The position numbers were made by a program, and so were the translations under genes. This document shows, piece after piece, positions 58,448 through 64,000 of a stretch of DNA of 64,000 bases (within the stretch, counting starts at the first letter, position 1; each line of letters begins with the position of its first letter). This DNA comes from Asterias rubens (taxonomy: Eukaryota): NCBI RefSeq assembly GCF_902459465.1, contig NC_047080.1, positions 12,090,001 through 12,154,000 of the forward strand, written 5' to 3'. The notes under the pieces are model-generated. The model searched no databases. It was not told where the DNA came from and was given only the letters and a program-made list of their open reading frames with translations.

Positions 58448-61089
58448 AGTAATGATGGCGTGAATTGCAATTATGTATGAGGTTCTTAAAACCATGACAA
58501 CCATTTTTAAGTGAAGGAAGATCCAGTTAGTGTTTTTAATAATCAAATTTTTGATAACTGTTTGATTTCTGATAAATGCATTGTATAAGTTGAAACAGTA
58601 TTCATAATATGTTCTGCTTTTTTTTTGAGAAGGAACTTTTTTGTGTGTAGTTTACTGTAAGAAAACTAAATAAATGAATCAAACGATTCATTTGTTACAA
58701 TATAATTGATGACTAATCAATTTAACTTCCCATTAAAATCTTGCTTTGTATATTCTGGCCTGTTTTTTCATTTACCAATTATCAAATCAATTCACCAGAT
58801 ACACTGCCATAGTACGATTCATATTAATCCTTTTTTTCTAGCTCGAATATGTCAAGTGATTGTTTTACTAGTTGATCAGAATCTTCATTGATCGATTGAT
58901 TAATCATTAATCAATCGATCAATAAATCAGTCCATTATTCAGAGAATCATGATTTATGAAAATCCTTATTGAATTCATGAAAAGTCAATAATGTATTGAT
59001 TAATTGCAAATCACGATTTTACATGTTAGATTTTAAAGTAAGTACCCAGTGTTCCCCATTCCAAAAACAAAAATATCAATTTGTTTTTAATTGTGCCTGT
59101 TTGCAGTGTAGTGTTTTGTGGAGGTTTTGTTATTTTGTTATTTCTATTTTTTTAATACACTGCACATGGAATTTGATTTGTAAACCAGCACACGATTATT
59201 TTTTGTTAAGAGTTGAGGGTTCGTTTGTTTTTCCAAAAAAGATGCAAATTGAAAAATGACAATTCCTATCAGAAAGTTAAGTACTTTATTACACCAAAAG
59301 ATGGTTGACATTTTTGCCATGTTAAAATTAATTTTGAAATTGAATAGCCCTTCACTCCCATATAATTTGAACTGGATTGATTAAACAAAACATTTTGTTA
59401 TTTGTTATGCCACCAGTTATGAGTCGGTGAATGATTTCACTTGTATAGCAGATAGCAGAACGAAATGCTCCACAAAATGTGTTAGTTGCTAGCCAAAAAT
59501 CATTGATTGCTACTCCAATATTAGTATTCTGTGTGCGCTAAATCTGTTCAGTTGAAATTTGTGAATGAAATCGCTCTCTGCGAGTTGTGTTTCAACTATC
59601 CTGACCTTTTTAGAGATTGTTTATTTGATAAGCAAGTGTAAGCAACGAAGTAGGCAAATGTCGTGTATTTAATTCTGATGATTTCTGTAAACTTGTGCTT
59701 GTGATGCAAGATGTAAAAGACGACCATTTCTGGTTATTAATCTGTGTGTTATAACCTGGAGATGTGAAACGCTATGTTACAGTTAACCAGTTTCCAATGG
59801 GAAAACAATGTATCATTTGAATACAGTTGTGTATTTGCGTCTCACAAGTAGGCCTATATATGGGTATGTGTTAAGCCTGCAAATGCGAATGCAAAGCAAA
59901 TTTTGACGTTCCATGGGTGTTTTCACAGCTATTGTTGCACAAGAGTTGAACACAGTTAAAGTGTTGTGAACTATTCATTGTGAATTTGTTGTGTCAAAAT
60001 TTGTATTGCATTAGCAATCGCAGGAAGTATGAACCAGGATTTAAATTGAGACATTAACTTACAAATCCAGGTTGATTTCAAGGTTTACTAAGCAAAAGAC
60101 TGCATTGCTTTGGACAGATTAGAACATGTGAGTTTGTTTCTTCCACTCGTTAAAGCATTGTTATTGAAAATCTAAGGTTGCCAAGAATATTCGACCAGAT
60201 GAAGGACTGGCAGAGTTTTACAGTGGTTAGTTTTAAAGAAATGTTTTTGCCCAACTGTTGCATAACATGTAATTCTTATAATCCATTAAATGTTTAAGGC
60301 CTGGAATAACACGCAGGCCATGGCGTCCGTTGCCCCTGGTCTTGGCCTTGGTGCCCCTTCAAATGTTTCTCATTGAATTTCCAATGGAATTGCCCTATTC
60401 AACATGTTTAAAGATTAAAATCCAGGTCCGTTGTTATTGTATGATTAAAGGGGCTTTGTCGTCATGATCAAAGCATGCATGTTGCTGTACATAGACTTAT
60501 GAACTAACACCTAGTTACTAAACGCATTTACCTTCCCTCTTACATATCTATTGTGAGTGCGCGCATGTGTTGTTTGACGTGAGTTCATATTTCGGTGTAC
60601 AGCCACACGGCCGTTTGATCATGATGACACAGCCGCTTTAAGTGACTTTAGTTTGACAAATTCTTGACTTAGGAAATGTTGGTTACTTATGGCTGATGTA
60701 GTAGCAAAAATTATTTTTTGTTGTAAAAGATACTTTAATTTTTGTCCATCAGCTCCTTCCATTTATTAATGTTATACTTTGTTTTTACCTAAGTTTATAA
60801 GATTAACTTGGATATGCTTGTGAATAGCTTCCTATTATTGTACAACCTTGTAATATCATATTTTCTAATTATTTATCAATATGGTTGTACAAATTTCTGT
60901 GAATGTACATGATAACAGGATCAAACTTTGATTATGAATAATTTGTATAATGATAACAACTGTCTTTTGTTTATAACAACTTTGATAAAATTGTTTTACT
61001 TACCCTTGTGTATTTATAACATTTTAGGGTAAAATTTGATACCCACAAAAGGCTATAATTATAGCCAAGATAGCCTTGTTGCATCTTAT

Positions 61090-64000
61090 CAACTTTGCCT
61101 GTGATAGCCTTGTGACTTTTGTCGTCAAAATGTGAAAAGTTCACAAGGCTATAGCCATATGACTTTAACGTCAAAATTTGATATAGCCTTATGACTTTTT
61201 CGTCCAAATGTGAAAAGTTCACAAGGCTATAGCCTTATGATTTTTTTGTCAAAATTTGAAAAGTTCACAAGGCTATAGGCCTTATGATTTTTTCGTCAAA
61301 ATGTGAAAAGTTCACAAGGCTATAGCCTTATGATTTTTTTCGTCAAAATGTGAAAAGTTCACAAGGCTATAGCCTTATGACTTTTTCGTCAAAATGTGAA
61401 AAGTTTACAAGGCCATAGCCTTATGACTTTTTCGTCAAAATGTGAAAAGTTCACAAGGCTATAGCCTTATGACTCTTTCGTCAAAATGTGAAAAGTTCAC
61501 AAGGCTATAGCCTTATGACTTTTTCGTCAAAATGTGAAAAGTTCACAAGGCTATAGCCTTATGATTTTTTCGTCAAAATGTGAAAAGTTCACAAGGCTAT
61601 AGCCTTATGATTTTTTGTCAAAATGTGAAAAGTTCACAAGGCTATAGCCTTATGATTTTTTCGTCAAAATGTGAAAAGTTCACAAGGCTATAGCCTTATG
61701 ATTTTTTCGTCAAAATGTGAAAAGTTCACAAGGCTATAGCCTTATGATTTTTTTGTCAAAATGTGAAAAGTTCACAAGGCTATAGCCTTATGATTTTTTT
61801 CGTCAAAATTTGAAAAGTTCACAAGGCTATAGCCTTGTGATTTTTTCGTCAAAATGTGAAAAGTTCACAAGGCTATAAGCCTTATGACTCTTTCTTCAAA
61901 ATGTGAAAAGTTCACAAGGCTATAGCCTTATGATTTTTTTGTCAAAATTTGAAAAGTTCACAAGGCTATAGCCTTATGATTTTTTTGTCAAAATGTGAAA
62001 AGTTCACAAGGCTATAGCCTTATGATTTTTTCGTCAAAATGTGAAAAGTTCACAAGGCTATAGCCTTATGATTTTTTTGTCAAAATTTGAAAAGTTCACA
62101 AGGCTATAGCCTTATGATTTTTTTTGTCAAAATGTGAAAAGTTCACAAGGCTATAGCCTTGTGATTTTTTCGTCAAAATGTGAAAAGTTCACAAGGCTAT
62201 AGCCTTATGACTCTTTCGTCAAAATGTGAAAAGTTCACAAGGCTATAGCCTTATGACTTTTTCGTCAAAATGTGAAAAGTTCACAAGGCTATAGCCTTAT
62301 GATTTTTTCGTCAAAATGTGAAAAGTTCACAAGGCTATAGCCTTATGACTTTTTCGTCAAAATGTGAAAAGTTCACAAGGCTATAGCCTTATGACTTTTT
62401 CGTCAAAATGTGAAAAGTTTACAAGGCCTTATGATTTTTTCGTCAAAATGTGAAAAGTTCACAAGGCTTATGCCTTATGATTTTTTCGTCAAAATGTGAA
62501 AAGTTCACAAGGCTATAGCCTTATGACTCTTTCGTCAAAATGTGAAAAGTTCACAAGGCTATAGCCTTATGACTTTTTCGTCAAAATGTCAAAAGTTCAC
62601 AAGGCTATAGCCTTATGATTTTTTCGTCAAAATGTGAAAAGTTCACAAGGCTATAGCCTTATGATTTTTTCGTCAAAATGTGAAAAGTTCACAAGGCTAT
62701 AGCCTTATGACTCTTTCGTCAAATGTGAAAAGTTCACAAGGCTATAGCCTTATGACTTTTTCGTCAAAATGTGAAAAGTTCACAAGGCTATAGCCTTATG
62801 ATTTTTTCGTCAAAATGTGAAAAGTTCACAAGGCTATAGCCTTATGACTTTTTCGTCAAAATGTGAAAAGTTCACAAGGCTATAGCCTTATGATTTTTTC
62901 GTCAAAATGTGAAAAGTTCACAAGGCTATAGCCTTATGATTTTTTCGTCAAAATGTGAAAAGTTCACAAGGCTATAGCCTTATGATTTTTTTTTTCAAAA
63001 TGTGAAAAGTTCACAAGGCTATAGCCTTATGATTTTTTCGTCAAAATGTGAAAAGTTCACAAGGCTATAGCCTTATGATTTTTTTGTCAAAATGTGAAAA
63101 GTTCACAAGGCTATAGCCTTATGATTTTTTTGTCAAAATTTGAAAAGTTCACAAGGCTATAGCCTTATGATTTTTTTGTCAAAATGTGAAAAGTTCACAA
63201 GGCTATAGCCTTATGATTTTTTTGTCAAAATTTGAAAAGTTCACAAGGCTATAGCCTTATGATTTTTTTTGTCAAAATGTGAAAAGTTCACAAGGCTATA
63301 GCCTTGTGATTTTTTCGTCAAAATGTGAAAAGTTCACAAGGCTATAGCCTTATGACTCTTTCGTCAAAATGTGAAAAGTTCACAAGGCTATAGCCTTATG
63401 ACTTTTTCGTCAAAATGTGAAAAGTTCACAAGGCTATAGCCTTATGATTTTTTCGTCAAAATGTGAAAAGTTCACAAGGCTATAGCCTTATGATTTTTTT
63501 GTCAAAATTTGAAAAGTTCACAAGGCTATAGCCTTATGATTTTTTTTGTCAAAATGTGAAAAGTTCACAAGGCTATAGCCTTGTGATTTTTTCGTCAAAA
63601 TGTGAAAAGTTCACAAGGCTATATATAGCCTTATGATTTTTTCGTCAAAATTTGAAAAGTTCACAAGGCTATAGCCTTATGACTTTTTCGTCAAAATTTG
63701 AAAAGTTCACAAGGCTATAGCCTTATGATTTTTTCGTCAAAATTTGAAAAGTTCACAAGGCTATAGCCTTATGACTTTTTCGTCAAAATGTGAAAAGTTC
63801 ACAAGGCTATAGCCTTATGATTTTTTCGTCAAAATGTGAAAAGTTCACAAGGCTATAGCCTTATGACTCTTTCGTCAAAATGTGAAAAGTTCACAAGGCT
63901 ATAGCCTTATGACTTTTTTTTTCAAAATGTGAAAAGTTCACAAGGCTATAGCCTTATGACTTTTCGTCAAAATGTGAAAAGTTCACAAGGCTATAGCCTT
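61090..64000. repeat. About 46-bp satellite, about 63 copies, running off the window end
   Basis: Unit gtcaaaatgtgaaaagttcacaaggctatagccttatga(t/c)ttttttc, with a degenerate edge from about 60980. Confidence 0.97.

Overview
This is eukaryotic, intron-rich and AT-rich DNA from an invertebrate animal. The gene set and repeat style suggest an echinoderm such as a sea star, but that is an inference. There are no prokaryotic features and no CRISPR array. Four conserved genes were rebuilt by hand from GT-AG splice sites with consistent intron phases. They are the 3' part of INTS5 (+, 128-6788, 10 exons seen), a complete TTLL11 (-, 10234-14568, 6 exons), a complete DUSP12 (-, 15955-19318, 7 exons) and a complete FAM102A/EEIG1-family gene (+, 20541-55115, 9 exons), which is head-to-head with DUSP12. 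Gene names come from recognising conserved motifs from memory; no database was searched. The rest is non-coding: several MITE families (TA-, TTAA- and CAGG-ended), tRNA-derived SINE remnants and about ten tandem arrays with 9-161 bp units. The long ORFs in the ORF track at 2.8, 8.6, 9.7 and 47.5-49 kb are artefacts of these arrays. The best leads are: (i) a dispersed family carrying decayed minimal type-I hammerhead-ribozyme cores (Penelope/retrozyme-like), often in head-to-head palindromes; (ii) a MITE inserted inside an INTS5 5' splice site that creates a competing GTAAGA donor; (iii) minisatellites seeded at transposon-end/host junctions; (iv) a candidate two-exon antisense gene interleaved with FAM102A; (v) a dyad-built 46-bp satellite at the window end.
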